In this document: positions 1 through 12,289 of the stretch, in pieces
Position numbering within the stretch: position 1 is the stretch's first letter
Layout of the letters: each line of letters starts with the position of its first letter
Assembly (NCBI GenBank): GCA_950097015.1
Contig: CATNEN010000039.1
Coordinates: forward strand, 1,984,001-2,048,000
Direction of reading: 5' to 3'
DNA: 64,000 nt
Source: Macrostomum hystrix
Taxonomy: Eukaryota; Animalia; Platyhelminthes
Program-made: the position numbers and the translations under genes
The notes under the pieces: generated by a model
What the model saw: only the letters and a program-made list of their open reading frames with translations
Told to the model about the DNA's origin: nothing
The model's database searches: none

Positions 1-320
1 CACAATCTCACTGAGACAGAGGGACACAATCTCCCTGAGACAGAGGGACACAATCTCACTGAGACAGATGACACAATCTCCCTGAGACAGAGGGACACAA
101 TCTCACTGAGACAGATGACACAATCTCACTGAGACAGAGGGACACAATCTCACTGAGACAGATGACACAATCTAGCTGAGACAGATGACACAATCTCACT
201 GAGACAGAGTGACACAATCTCCCTGAGACAGAGTGACACAATCTCACTGAGACAGATGGACACAATCTCCCTGAGACAGATAACACAATCTCACTGAGAC
301 AGAGTGACACAATCTCACTC
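1..320. repeat. Minisatellite, 23-24 bp unit (CACAATCTCACTGAGACAGAGGGA); runs off window start
   Basis: Tandem periodicity visible directly; explains ORF 56..355. Confidence 0.95.
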
Positions 321-626
321 TGAGTGAGACAGAATCGCAGAGTTTCCTTGGTCAAGCTGTCGCAGAAAGAGTCTCAGCGATCCACGCTCAAACCAGGCCA
401 CCAGTACTCACCAGTTTAAGTGTCATTTTATGCTGAGCAAACAATTTTAGCAGGCTTGCCACGGTTGGGTAATTCGGATTTACTGAGTTAATAATGGCTC
501 AGTTGAAATAATGGACTGACTCCATTCCACAGCCCAGCTGTTCACACTAAAATATGGCGAACCCGATGTGCCGTAAAATACGAACTGGTCAAACCAGAAT
601 GTGGGAGAGATAAGTGGGTGAGTGGG

Positions 627-1545
627 GTGAGATTTGTGAATGATTGACAGTGAGATTTGTGAGTTATTGGGAGTGAGATTTGGGATGATTGATAGTGAGA
701 TTTGTGAATGATTGACAGTAATATTTGTGAATGATTGGGAGTGAGATTTGTGAATGATTGACAGTAAGATTTGTGAATGATTGACAGTAAGATTTGTGAA
801 TGATTGACAGTAAGATTTGTGAATGATTGGGAGTGAGATTTGTGAATGATTGACAGTAAGATTTGTGAATGATTGGGAGTGAGATTTGTGAATGATTGAC
901 AGTAAGATTTGTGAATGATTGGGAGTGAGATTTGTGAATGATTGACAGTAAGATTTGTGAATGATTGACAGTAAGATTTGTGAATGATTGGGAGTGAGAT
1001 TTGTGAATGATTGACAGTAAGATTTGTGAATGATTGGGAGTGAGTTTTGTGAATGATTGACAGTAAGATTTGTGAATGATTGACAGTAAGATTTGTGAAT
1101 GATTGACAGTAAGATTTGTGAATGATTGACAGTAAGATTTGTGAATGATTGGGAGTGAGATTTGTGAATGATTGACAGTAAGATTTGTGAATGATTGGGA
1201 GTGAGATTTGTGAATGATTGACAGTAAGATTTGTGAATGATTGACAGTAAGATTTGTGAATGATTGACAGTAAGATTTGTGAATGATTGACAGTAAGATT
1301 TGTGAATGATTGACAGTAAGATTTGTGAATGATTGGGAGTGAGATTTGTGAATGATTGACAGTAAGATTTGTGAATGATTGGGAGTGAGATTTGTGAATG
1401 ATTGACAGTAAGATTTGTGAATGATTGGGAGTGAGATTTGTGAATGATTGGGAGTGAGATTTGTGAATGATTGGGAGTGAGATTTGTGAATGATTGGGAG
1501 TGAGATCTGTGATACTGTGAGGGTGAGATTTGTGAGGCTTTGAGA
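627..1545. repeat. Minisatellite, 22 bp unit (AGATTTGTGAATGATTGACAGT/GGGAGT variants)
   Basis: Two alternating 22-bp variants in tandem; explains ORF 480..1613. Confidence 0.95.
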
Positions 1546-1633
1546 GTGAGACTTACTAGGCTGCGGCAGTAAGATTTACAAGGCTTTGAGCAAGTCATGC
1601 TGCTCCCAGTCAAACCGATCCGATCAGACTCAC

Positions 1634-2898
1634 ACTAGCCGCATCCAGTGGCGCCCTGACTGACAAGAGTATGCCGACTGCCTCCTCGCTGCCAGACAGC
1701 ACCGCCTGGTGCAGCGGCGTCATTCCTTTGAAGTCCGGCTTGCAGCGCATCCTGCCACTCTCCGCCACAGAGTGAGACACTGCGGGACCGATTCATGACT
1801 GAGGTAAACTACTTACAGTAGAAATGAGTGGTTATTCGGCCTTCATTGTCTCTGGCTGCGATGCTGGCGCCGCGATCCAGCAGCAGCTGCGAGCGGACGG
1901 CAGTGAGGTTTGTGAGGCTGTGAGAATGAGATTTGTGAGGCTGTAGGGTGAGATTTGTGTGGCTGTGGGAGTGAAATTTGTGAGGCTGTGGGGTGAGATT
2001 TGTGAGGCAGTGGTGTAAGATTGGCTAGTCTGTAGGGTGAGATTTTTGAGGCTGTGGGGTGAGATTTGTGTGGCTGTGGGAGTGAGATTTGTGAGGCTGT
2101 GGGAGTGAGATTTGTCAGGCTGTAGGGTGAGATTTGTGTGGCTATGGGAGTGAGATTTTTGAGGCTGTGGGAGTGAGATTTGTGAGGCTGTGGGAGTGAG
2201 ATTTGTGAGGCTGTGGGAGTGAGATTTGTGAGGCAGTGGGAGTGAGATTTGTCAGGCTGTAGGGTGAGATTTGTGTGGCTATGGGAGTGAGATTTGTGAG
2301 GCTGTGGGAGTGAGATTTGTGAGGCTGTGGGAGTGAGACTTGTGAGGCTGTGGGGTGAGATTTGTGAGGCTGTGGAAGTGAGATTTGTGAGGCTGTGGTA
2401 GTGAGATTTGTGAGGCTGTGGGAGTGAGACTTGTGAGGCTGTGGGAATGAGATTTGTGAGGCTGTGGGAGTGAAATTTGTGAGGCTGTGGGATAGTCATA
2501 ATTTCAAATGCAGAATTCGAAATGACGAAGAGGCAGTGTTTCGCACCTCGGTCAAATCACAATTCGAGTATTTTGCGGCCAGATGCAGTGGCGTCAAGCC
2601 CAGATCCGTGGCTGCGTCCACCTTCAAGTCGGGCCGCCGCGCCAGTAGCCGGGCGCAGGCCAGGCTGAAGAATCGGGCCGCTGTGTGCAGGGGTGTCCAA
2701 CCTTCAGCGCCGCGGATGTTGATGTCTAATGACAGGCTGCCAATCAGCAGCACCTGGAGCGCCTCGGACCTGCCGTACCTGGCCGCGTGTTGCAGGCAGG
2801 TCTGGAACTCGCGGTCCAGCGGCGAGATCGAACCTTTGCCGGCGCTGCAGCATGACTGCGAGCAGTCTGGCATTGTCCTGCTTCACAATGTGCAGCAA
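1634..2898 (-). CDS. Ankyrin-repeat protein, partial (internal exons; gene probably continues left)
   Basis: Exon ~2898 or 2855 to 2547 (donor GAG|GTGCGA) encodes QTCLQHAARYG, GWTPLHTAAR and GLTPLHLAAK. Exon ~1887-1816 encodes LLLDRGASIAARDNEGR. Exon ~1751-1634 (donor GTGAGT) encodes GMTPLHQAVLSGSEEAVGILL. All are ankyrin TPLH-type motifs. Boundaries of the small exons are uncertain. Confidence 0.8.
1903..2491. repeat. Minisatellite, 22 bp unit (GGGAGTGAGATTTGTGAGGCTG-type), intronic
   Basis: Tandem periodicity; shares GGGAGTGAGATTTGTGA with the 627-1545 array. Confidence 0.95.
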
Positions 2899-2994
2899 CT
2901 GACGGACAGGTTAATGATTGGGGCTTTTAGATTGACACCTGATGCGAAACTGCGGAAAGTACAGATCCGGAAGCTGGAAGAGTTTCGCTCACCC

Positions 2995-3770
2995 ACATAT
3001 GTACCTTCCTTGTCTAACACATGTATCTTCCTTGTCTAACACATGTATCTTCCTTGTCTAACACATGTATCTTCCTTGTCTAACACATGTATCTTCCTTA
3101 TCTAACACATGTATCTTCCTTGTCTATCACATGTACCTTCCTTGTCTAACACATGTATCTTCCTTATCTAACACATGTATCTTCCTTGTCTATCACATGT
3201 ATCTTCCTTGTCTAACACATGTATCTGCCTTGTCTAACACATGTATCTTCCTTGTCTAACATATGTACCTTCCTTGTCTAACACAAGTATCTGCCTTGGC
3301 TAACACATGTACCTTCCTTGTCTAACACATGTATCTGCCTTGTCTAACACAAGTATCTGCCTTGTCTAACACATGTATCTGCCTTGTCTAACACATGTAT
3401 CTTCCTTGTCTAACACATGTATCTGCCTTGTCTAACACAAGTATCTGCCTTGGCTAACACATGTATCTGCCTTGTCTAACACAAGTATCTGCCTTGGCTA
3501 ACACATGTATCTGCCTTGTCTAACACATGTATCTGCCTTGTCTAACACATGTATCTGCCTTGTCTAACACATGTATCTGCCTTGTCTAACATATGTATCT
3601 GCCTTGTCTAACACATGTATCTTCCTTGTCTGACACATGTACCTTCCTTGTCTAACACATGTATCTTCCTTGTCTAACACATGTACCTTCCTTGTCTAAC
3701 ACATGTACCTTCCTTGTCTAACACATGTACCTTCCTTGTCTAACACATGTACCTTCCTTGTCTAACACAC
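2995..3770. repeat. Minisatellite, 22 bp unit (ACACATGTATCTTCCTTGTCTA)
   Basis: Tandem periodicity visible directly. Confidence 0.95.
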
Positions 3771-3839
3771 GTGAAAATAGCTTAAGTAAAAGATGAAAAT
3801 TATTAATAAAATGTTAGCTTTAATTGCGACTGTGCCCAC

Positions 3840-4008
3840 TGTGGCGGCTGCGACGGTTGTGGTGGATGGCGCTGCAGAGGGTGCGGCGGCGACTGCGCCG
3901 GCGGGGGCTGCGGCAGCGGAGGCTGCGGTGGCCGGGGCTGCGGCAGCGGGGGCTGCGGCAGCGGGGGCTGCGGCTGCGGGGGCTGCGGCAGCGGAACACT
4001 TTCCAGGC
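3840..4008 (-). other. Candidate GC-rich low-complexity (Ala-rich) exon
   Basis: GC-rich island in AT-rich DNA, bounded by TTAG| (4008) and |GTGGGC (3839). One frame reads PGKCSAAAAPAAAAP...TVAAAT. The acceptor is weak. Confidence 0.35.
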
Positions 4009-4248
4009 CTAAGTGTTTAGATCGCTGAAGATTGTATACCAACGTATTAAATAGAAAATTTAAGCAAGACAACAACACGCTGGTAGCTTTGAATTTGGTA
4101 TGTACAGGTGCTAAAACCAATCGTTTTTAGTGGGGCATGAGGTCACGTTGTGACGACACAAACGACGTAAATTTTTACATTTACAAAAGCATTCTAGACT
4201 ACATGCTTCAAGGTCCCGGCACACATGCCATGGACTGCTGGTCCTAGC

Positions 4249-5293
4249 TCACAGAATGTTACACTTCGTGCTGCCACTGCTGCTGCTGCTGCCGACACCG
4301 CCGCCGGCTCCGTTGCAGGTCTCGTTCAGCTGAAGCCGCAGCCGTTGGCCGCTGCAGGCGCGACGTCCGGCCGATCCGCCGTAGACGCTGCCGCCGGGGC
4401 CACCGCGGCGGATGCTGGCAGCTCCGCGATTCGCCTCGCCTTCGCAGCTGGCCTGGCGCGCGTTGGTCGAAGTGATGCGCCTCTCCTTCGGCTTGTCGTC
4501 CTGCAACGGCCGCAGGCAGTGGCGCGAGTCCAGGCGCAGCAGCTGGGCGAAGGCGTCCGAGACGCCGGCCGGATCGCTGAGGGCGGAGACCTCGCGGAAG
4601 CCGCTACAGCCCCATTTGGCCGCGGCGGAGGCCGCAGCTTCGAAAGTCACCCGGCGCCTGCTGGTCGGCAGGTCGGCTCTGTTGCCAACGAGAAGCGTCG
4701 GCGGCGGCGGGTTCTTGAAGCCGCGAACCTCGTGCAGCTCAGCGAAAACTCGATCCAGATCTGTCAGGGAGGACCTGGAAGCAGGGGTGCGAGATTTTCA
4801 TCAATCAAAGTGCTTGGAAATTTACTATGTCTTGAGGTGAGCACTCTAGCAGTCACTCTATAGCGAGCTCGGTCCCTATAGTGCAGAGCTAGCTCTGCAG
4901 AGAAAAATGCAGAGCTATCTATAGTGAGACAATTCAGTCATTGGAGCCCGAAGCTGACGTGGCTCACTCGGCATCCACGGAGTACACCAGCATGAAGGCG
5001 CTGGCCTTGTTCATCGCCAGGCGGCACATCGGTGGAAATTGTTGGCCGCCGGCTGAGTCGATAATGCTCAGCTTGCACAGCTGGCCGTGGCTGGTGCACA
5101 ACCGGCAGTAGATGTCCTCGACTGTCGGCACGTGACGCTCGCGGAATCCGCCGCTGACGAATCGCTGGATCAAGCAGGTCTTGCCAACACCGGCGGCGCC
5201 AAAGACAGCCACCGTGTACTCGTTGACAGTTCGCTTGCCATCTGACAGCGAGTCTTGCTGCTCCAGTGACAGTCTGGTGTACTGCGCCGTCAT
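4249..5293 (-). CDS. Ras-family small GTPase, DIRAS/Rhes(RASD)-like, 283 aa, 2 coding exons (5293-4968, 4774-4249)
   Basis: G1 GAAGVGKT, G2 PTVEDIY, G3 DSAGGQQFPPM (DIRAS/RASD-type FP.M), G4 LVGNRAD, G5 EVSAL and C-terminal CAAX CNIL*. The phase-2 intron GA|GTGAGC...TTCCAG|G joins the exons in frame (326+526=852 nt). Confidence 0.9.
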
Positions 5294-5967
5294 GCCGAGG
5301 CTTGGCTGTGCGAGTTCCAGGAAAATTACCTTCTTTTTCTGATGAGCAAGTTATGAGAATTGTCAGCTTACTCGCAGGCGCTGATCTGCTTAAATAACTA
5401 GTCCCGGACCTGCCGCCGTTGTTGACAGCTGACTGTGGCGACTCAGCCAATCAGAAACTATTGAGATGAGACACGGCAAAGGCGGGCTGGAACTGATCAG
5501 TCGGGGCCTCGGGTGGCAACGCCTCTGTCATGTCGCACATCCGGGTCTGGGCCGGCAGAACCGCCAACCAGCCTATCCAGGCAGGCTATCAGACAGACCT
5601 CCGCGCACAGAAAGCTGCCGCAGACATTGGGGAAGGGATTCTCCGCCTAATTCGAAATGAGAGTAGCTGTGATTAAAGACAGTCCGATACTAGCTTGCAA
5701 ATCACCGTTTGAATTTCACATCTGCTTCGCCTAGCTGCGCGTGCTCACAGCAGAGACCATTGACAGTTAGAGAATAATGCAAAGTGGGTCCCGAGGCGAT
5801 GGCAAAAAATTGCTGCTAAGCAATCGATCGTCCGCTGCTGAGACGCCACGGACAGAACCGAGCTCAGTTGACGGGACCTATGTATGGGATGGCGAGAAAC
5901 TGCTCAGAGAAACTCAGCCGCTGCGCTGCGCTCGACACATTGAGCTCACAGGTAGATCAGCTAGACA

Positions 5968-6070
5968 GGAGGGGTTGTAGCCTAGTGATTAGAGTACTCT
6001 GACTCTAAGGTCGGGGGTTCGATTCCCCACACGCATGTTGCTTTGAGCAGTCGTTTGAGCAATGTTCCAT
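5968..6070 (+). mobile_element. tRNA-derived SINE head (family A), truncated/degenerate
   Basis: GGGGTTGTAGCCTAGTGA (A box) ... GGTCGGGGGTTCGATTCC (B box); matches the head of the copy at 35538-35857. Confidence 0.6.
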
Positions 6071-6411
6071 CTTTCTTCCAAATGCCCAATGCTCAGCCTC
6101 AAAGCTAGGTGTTGGTGAGGAATGAGGCCATTAATTTAGAATGAGGGCAGGACGGTCACAGGCTTGAGCCATACTAGATGCACTCCTGCTGGGTGATGAC
6201 GTAGATCATTCCAATGTCCCCTGCGGGTCGACTCGCAGCAGGTGAAATCGGCGAATTCGAAACCGGAAGGCTGCCTCAGCTTTCGCGCGAGCTCGAGACT
6301 CGGGGCAGCATTCGAAGGCATGGAAAGCACCCCAGCAACGACTCGGCAACAAGATATAACTAGTGCAATTATACCTTATGAAAAACTTGCGTTCTGAATA
6401 GTTGATGACAC

Positions 6412-9400
6412 TAGTTAGTTCAGGGATAGTCAGTTAGTTCAGGGATAGTCAGTTAGTTCAGGGATAGCCAGTTAGTTTAGGGATAGTCAGTTAGTTCAGG
6501 GATAGTCAGTTAGTTCAGGGATAGTCAGTTAGTTCAGGGATAGCCATTTAGTTCAGGGATAGTCAGTTAGTTCAGGATAGTCAGTTAGTTCAGGGATAGT
6601 CAGTTAGTTCAGGCATAGTCAGTTAGTTCAGGGATAGTCAGTTAGTTCAGGGATAGTCAGTTAGTTCAGGGATAGCCAGTTAGTTCAGGGATAGTCAGTT
6701 AGTTCAGAGATAGTCAGTTAGTTCAGGGATAGTCAGTTAGTTCAGGGATAGCCATTTAGTTCAGGGATAGTCAGTTAGTTCAGGGATAGTCAGTTAGTTC
6801 AGTGATAGTCAGTTAGTTCAGGGATAGTCAGTTAGTTCAGGGATAGTCAGTTAGTTCAGGGATAGTCAGTTAGTTCAGGGATAGTCAGTTAGTTCAGGAT
6901 AGTCAGTTCAGGATAGTCAGTTAGTTCAGGGATAGTCAGTTAGTTTAGGGATAGCCAGTTAGTTCAGGATAGTCAGTTAGTTCAGGATAGCCATTTAGTT
7001 CAGGGATAGTCAGTTAGTTCAGGATAGTCAGTTCAGGATAGTCAGTTAGTTCAGGGATAGACAGTTAGTTCAGGGATAGTCAGTTAGTTCAGGGATAGTC
7101 TGTTAGTTCAGGGATAGTCAGTTAGTTCAGGGATAGTCAGTTAGTTCAGGGATAGCCAGTTAGTTTAGGGATAGTCAGTTAGTTCAGGGATAGTCAGTTA
7201 GTTCAGGATAGTCAGTTCAGGATAGTCAGTTAGTTCAGGGATAGACAGTTAGTTCAGGGATAGTCAGTTAGTTCAGGGATAGTCTGTTAGTTCAGGGATA
7301 GTCAGTTAGTTCAGGGATAGTCAGTTAGTTCAGGGATAGCCAGTTAGTTTAGGGATAGTCAGTTAGTTCAGGGATAGTCAGTTAGTTCAGGGATAGTCAG
7401 TTAGTTCAGGGATAGCCATTTAGTTCAGGGATAGTCAGTTAGTTCAGGATAGTCAGTTAGTTCAGGGATAGTCAGTTAGTTCAGGCATAGTCAGTTAGTT
7501 CAGGGATAGTCAGTTAGTTCAGGGATAGTCAGTTAGTTCAGGGATAGCCAGTTAGTTCAGGGATAGTCAGTTAGTTCAGAGATAGTCAGTTAGTTCAGGG
7601 ATAGTCAGTTAGTTCAGGGATAGCCATTTAGTTCAGGGATAGTCAGTTAGTTCAGGGATAGTCAGTTAGTTCAGTGATAGTCAGTTAGTTCAGGGATAGT
7701 CAGTTAGTTCAGGGATAGTCAGTTAGTTCAGGGATAGTCAGTTAGTTCAGGGATAGTCAGTTAGTTCAGGATAGTCAGTTCAGGATAGTCAGTTAGTTCA
7801 GGGATAGTCAGTTAGTTTAGGGATAGCCAGTTAGTTCAGGATAGTCAGTTAGTTCAGGATAGCCATTTAGTTCAGGGATAGTCAGTTAGTTCAGGGATAG
7901 TCAGTTAGTTCAGGATAGTCAGTTAGTTCAGGGATAGACAGTTAGTTCAGGGATAGTCAGTTAGTTCAGGGATAGTCTGTTAGTTCAGGGATAGTCTGTT
8001 AGTTCAGGGATAGTCAGTTAGTTCAGGGATAGCCATTTAGTTCAGGGATAGTCAGTTAGTTTAGGGATAGTCAGTTAGTTCAGGGATAGTCAGTTAGTTC
8101 AGGATAGCCAGTTAGTTCAGGGATAGTCAGTTAGTTCAGGATAGCCATTTAGTTCAGGGATAGTCAGTTAGTTCAGGATAGCCATTTAGTTCAGGGATAG
8201 TCAGTTAGTTCAGGATAGTCAGTTCAGGATAGTCAGTTAGTTCAGGGATAGTCAGTTAGTTTAGGGATAGCCAGTTAGTTCAGGATAGTCAGTTAGTTCA
8301 GGATAGCCATTTAGTTCAGGGATAGTCAGTTAGTTCAGGGATAGTCAGTTAGTTCAGGGATAGTCAGTTAGTTCAGGGATAGCCAGTTAGTTTAGGGATA
8401 GTCAGTTAGTTCAGGGATAGTCAGTTAGTTCAGGGATAGTCAGTTAGTTCAGGGATAGTCAGTTAGTTCAGGGATAGTCAGTTAGTTTAGGGATAGCCAT
8501 TTAGTTCAGGGATAGTCAGTTAGTTTAGGGATAGTCAGTTAGTTCAGGGATTGTCAGTTAGTTCAGGATAGCCAGTTAGTTCAGGGATAGTCAGTTAGTT
8601 CAGGATAGCCATTTAGTTCAGGGATAGTCAGTTAGTTCAGGATAGCCATTTAGTTCAGGGATAGTCAGTTAGTTCAGGATAGTCAGTTCAGGATAGTCAG
8701 TTAGTTCAGGGATAGTCAGTTAGTTTAGGGATAGCCAGTTAGTTCAGGATAGTCAGTTAGTTCAGGATAGCCATTTAGTTCAGGGATAGTCAGTTAGTTA
8801 AGGATAGTCAGTTCAGGATAGTCAGTTAGTTCAGGGATAGCCAGTTAGTTTAGGGATAGTCAGTTAGTTCAGGGAAAGACAGTTAGTTCAGGGATAGTCA
8901 GTTAGTTCAGGATAGTCAGTTAGTTTAGGGATAGCCATTTAGTTCAGGGATAGTCAGTTAGTTTAGGGATAGTCAGTTAGTTCAGGGATAGTCAGTTAGT
9001 TCAGGATAGCCAGTTAGTTCAGGGATAGTCAGTTAGTTCAGGATAGCCATTTAGTTCAGGGATAGTCAGTTAGTTCAGGATAGCCATTTAGTTCAGGGAT
9101 AGTCAGTTAGTTCAGGATAGTCAGTTCAGGATAGTCAGTTAGTTCAGGGATAGTCAGTTAGTTTAGGGATAGCCAGTTAGTTCAGGATAGTCAGTTAGTT
9201 CAGGATAGCCATTTAGTTCAGGGATAGTCAGTTAGTTCAGGATAGTCAGTTCAGGATAGTCAGTTAGTTCAGGGATAGACAGTTAGTTCAGGGAAAGTCA
9301 GTTAGTTCAGGGATAGTCAGTTAGTTCAGGATAGTCAGTTCAGGATAGTCAGTTAGTTCAGGGATAGACAGTTAGTTCAGGGATAGTCAGGTAGTTCAGG

Positions 9401-10625
9401 GATAGCCATTTAGTTCAGGGATAGTCAGTTAGTTCAGGATAGTCAGTTCAGGATAGTCAGTTAGTTCAGGGATAGACAGTTAGTTCAGGGATAGTCAGTT
9501 AGTTCAGGGAAAGACAGTTAGTTCAGGGATAGTCAGTTAGTTCAGGGATAGTTAGTTAGTTCAGGGATAGCCATTTAGTTTAGGGATAGTCAGTTAGTTC
9601 AGGGATAGTCAGTTAGTTCAGGATAGCCAGTTAGTTCAGGGATAGACAGTTAGTTCAGGATAGCCATTTAGTTCAGGGATAGTCAGTTAGTTCAGGATAG
9701 TCAGTTCAGGATAGTCAGTTAGTTCAGGGATAGTCAGTTAGTTTAGGGATAGCCAGTTAGTTCAGGATAGTCAGTTAGTTCAGGATAGCCATTTAGTTCA
9801 GGGATAGTCAGTTAGTTCAGGATAGTCAGTTCAGGATAGTCAGTTAGTTCAGGGATAGACAGTTAGTTCAGGGATAGTCAGTTAGTTCAGGGAAAGACAG
9901 TTAGTTCAGGGATAGTCAGTTAGTTCAGGATAGTCAGTTAGTTTAGGGATAGCCATTTAGTTCAGGGATAGTCAGTTAGTTTAGGGATAGTCAGTTAGTT
10001 CAGGGATAGTCAGTTAGTTCAGGATAGCCAGTTAGTTCAGGGATAGTCAGTTAGTTCAGGATAGCCATTTAGTTCAGGGATAGTCAGTTAGTTCAGGATA
10101 GTCAGTTCAGGATAGTCAGTTAGTTCAGGGATAGTCAGTTAGTTCAGGATAGCCATTTAGTTCAGGGATAGTCAGTTAGTTCAGGATAGTCAGTTAGTTC
10201 AGGATAGCCATTTAGTTCAGGGATAGTCAGTTAGTTCAGGATAGTCAGTTAGTTCAGGGATAGTCAGTTAGTTCAGGATAGCCATTTAGTTCAGGGATAG
10301 TCAGTTAGTTCAGGATAGTCAGTTCAGGATAGTCAGTTAGTTCAGGGATAGTCAGTTAGTTTAGGGATAGCCAGTTAGTTCAGGATAGTCAGTTAGTTCA
10401 GGATAGCCATTTAGTTCAGGGATAGTCAGTTAGTTCAGGATAGTCAGTTCAGGATAGTCAGTTAGTTCAGGGATAGTCAGTTAGTTTAGGGATAGCCAGT
10501 TAGTTCAGGATAGTCAGTTAGTTCAGGATAGCCATTTAGTTCAGGGATAGTCAGTTAGTTCAGGATAGTCAGTTCAGGATAGTCAGTTAGTTCAGGATAG
10601 TCAGTTAGTTCAGGATAGTTAGTCA
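6412..10625. repeat. Large minisatellite, 19 bp unit (AGTTAGTTCAGGGATAGTC) with 18/14 bp variants
   Basis: About 4.2 kb of tandem periodicity with higher-order blocks. Confidence 0.97.
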
Positions 10626-11157
10626 GATCTGTAGATTATCCCGAGTCGCAATGAAATAAAAACTGGTTTCCAAGAAGTCAATTTCATTAAGTACAGATAT
10701 TTCTCAAATCTGGGAGTTGGAAATAAATGGAAGTCGCATGCTCTACTGAAATTGTCACAATTTATTTGCTTCTGTATCTCCGGTTTAAGCAAAACACAAG
10801 CTGGCTAATTTGAGCTAAAGGTTGCGGACTCTTGAACAGGTATGATTGAGCATAAATGGACTGAAATCAACTGCTATTAGGGTGGGTTTTTGGCGGCAAA
10901 AGCAATCTCATAACAATGGTGTCCAGACACTGTGGATGATTTTATTTCAAATTAGAAATAGAAAATAATTATACTTGGGCAAATAACGTCAGTAAGTAAA
11001 ACGCATGGCGAAGTGGCACAGGTATGTACAGTTGTACACTGCAAATTGAAATAGCGTATGTATTAAAAACGTTTAAGTGGAAAGAGAAAAATAAACAATT
11101 TTGGCCCAGAAATAGACTCAAGAGCAGCAATTTAACACACGACTTCAACAGCACTGG

Positions 11158-11766
11158 GATCTACCGGCTGCTAGCCTACCCAACACTCGGATCTACCGGC
11201 TGCTAGCCTACCCAACACTCGGATCTACCGGCTGCTAGCCTACCCAACACTCGGATCTACCGGCTGCTAGCCTACCCAACACTCGGATCTACCGGCTGCT
11301 AGCCTACCCACACTCGGATCTACCGGCTGCTAGCCTACCCAACACTCGGATCTACCGGCTGCTAGCCTACCAACACTCGGATCTACCGGCTGCTAGCCTA
11401 CCAACACTCGGATCTACCGGCTGCTAGCCTACCTAACACTCGGATCTACCGGCTGCTAGCCTACCCAACACTCGGATCTACCGGCTGCTAGCCTACCCAC
11501 ACTCGGATCTACCGGCTGCTAGCCTACCCAACACTCGGATCTACCGGCTGCTAGCCTACCCAACACTCGGATCTACCGGCTGCTAGCCTACCTAACACTC
11601 GGATCTACCGGCTGCTAGCCTACCCAACACTCGGATCTACCGGCTGCTAGCCTACCCACACTCGGATCTACCGGCTGCTAGCCTACCCAACACTCGGATC
11701 TACCGGCTGCTAGCCTACCCACACTCGGATCTACCGGCTGCTAGCCTACCCAACACTCGGATCTAC
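11158..11766. repeat. Minisatellite, 31-32 bp unit (GGATCTACCGGCTGCTAGCCTACCCAACACTC)
   Basis: Tandem periodicity; second copy at 14371-14976. Confidence 0.95.
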
Positions 11767-12289
11767 TTCAAGAAAGTAAGCATTAATTAATACTGCTATA
11801 AGACAGACGTCGGTAGATTAATGCCACTAAGCAATCGGTCTAGAAAGAATCTATTCTACGAGTATACGAGTACCGAATTTAAATTAAAAAACTAAAATAA
11901 AAAACTGACAATTTGATCATCTGATCAGGCATTAGACAAAGCGAAGAAGCAGTTATCCAGTTGCTGCATGAAGTTAAACAGGCGGTTCGCGCTGCATAAA
12001 AGTACATTTGATAAACAGTCAAGACAGCCACTTGGGAAAGAAGGCTTTCTATTTATCTTAAAAAAGTGGAGTATAACAAGGGCAGAAACCGAATTTTTAT
12101 AATCGATTTACAAATATTTCCTTAATTCATTTTGGCGTAGATTTCAAGCCACAAAAATGTCCATTTGCGGAGATCTGATGACAAATATTACAGTAGCGGC
12201 CCTTTGAGAAGTGTCGCCATAGGGCTTGTCTGCAATAAAAGGTATTTTGGCTCAATATCATTACTAGGCTGATCAAAGTTTACTATCCA

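Noticed and set aside
3793-4020. Plus-strand 75-aa Ala/Gly-rich secreted-peptide-like ORF
   Set aside because: It is the antisense mirror of a GC-rich low-complexity tract. Neighbouring genes are on the minus strand and there is no independent support.
5968-6035. Possible tRNA gene
   Set aside because: A and B boxes are present but I see no proper acceptor stem. It matches the SINE family A head.
11158-11766. 32-bp repeats resembling a CRISPR array
   Set aside because: The units are head-to-tail with no unique spacers, there are no cas genes, and the context is eukaryotic.
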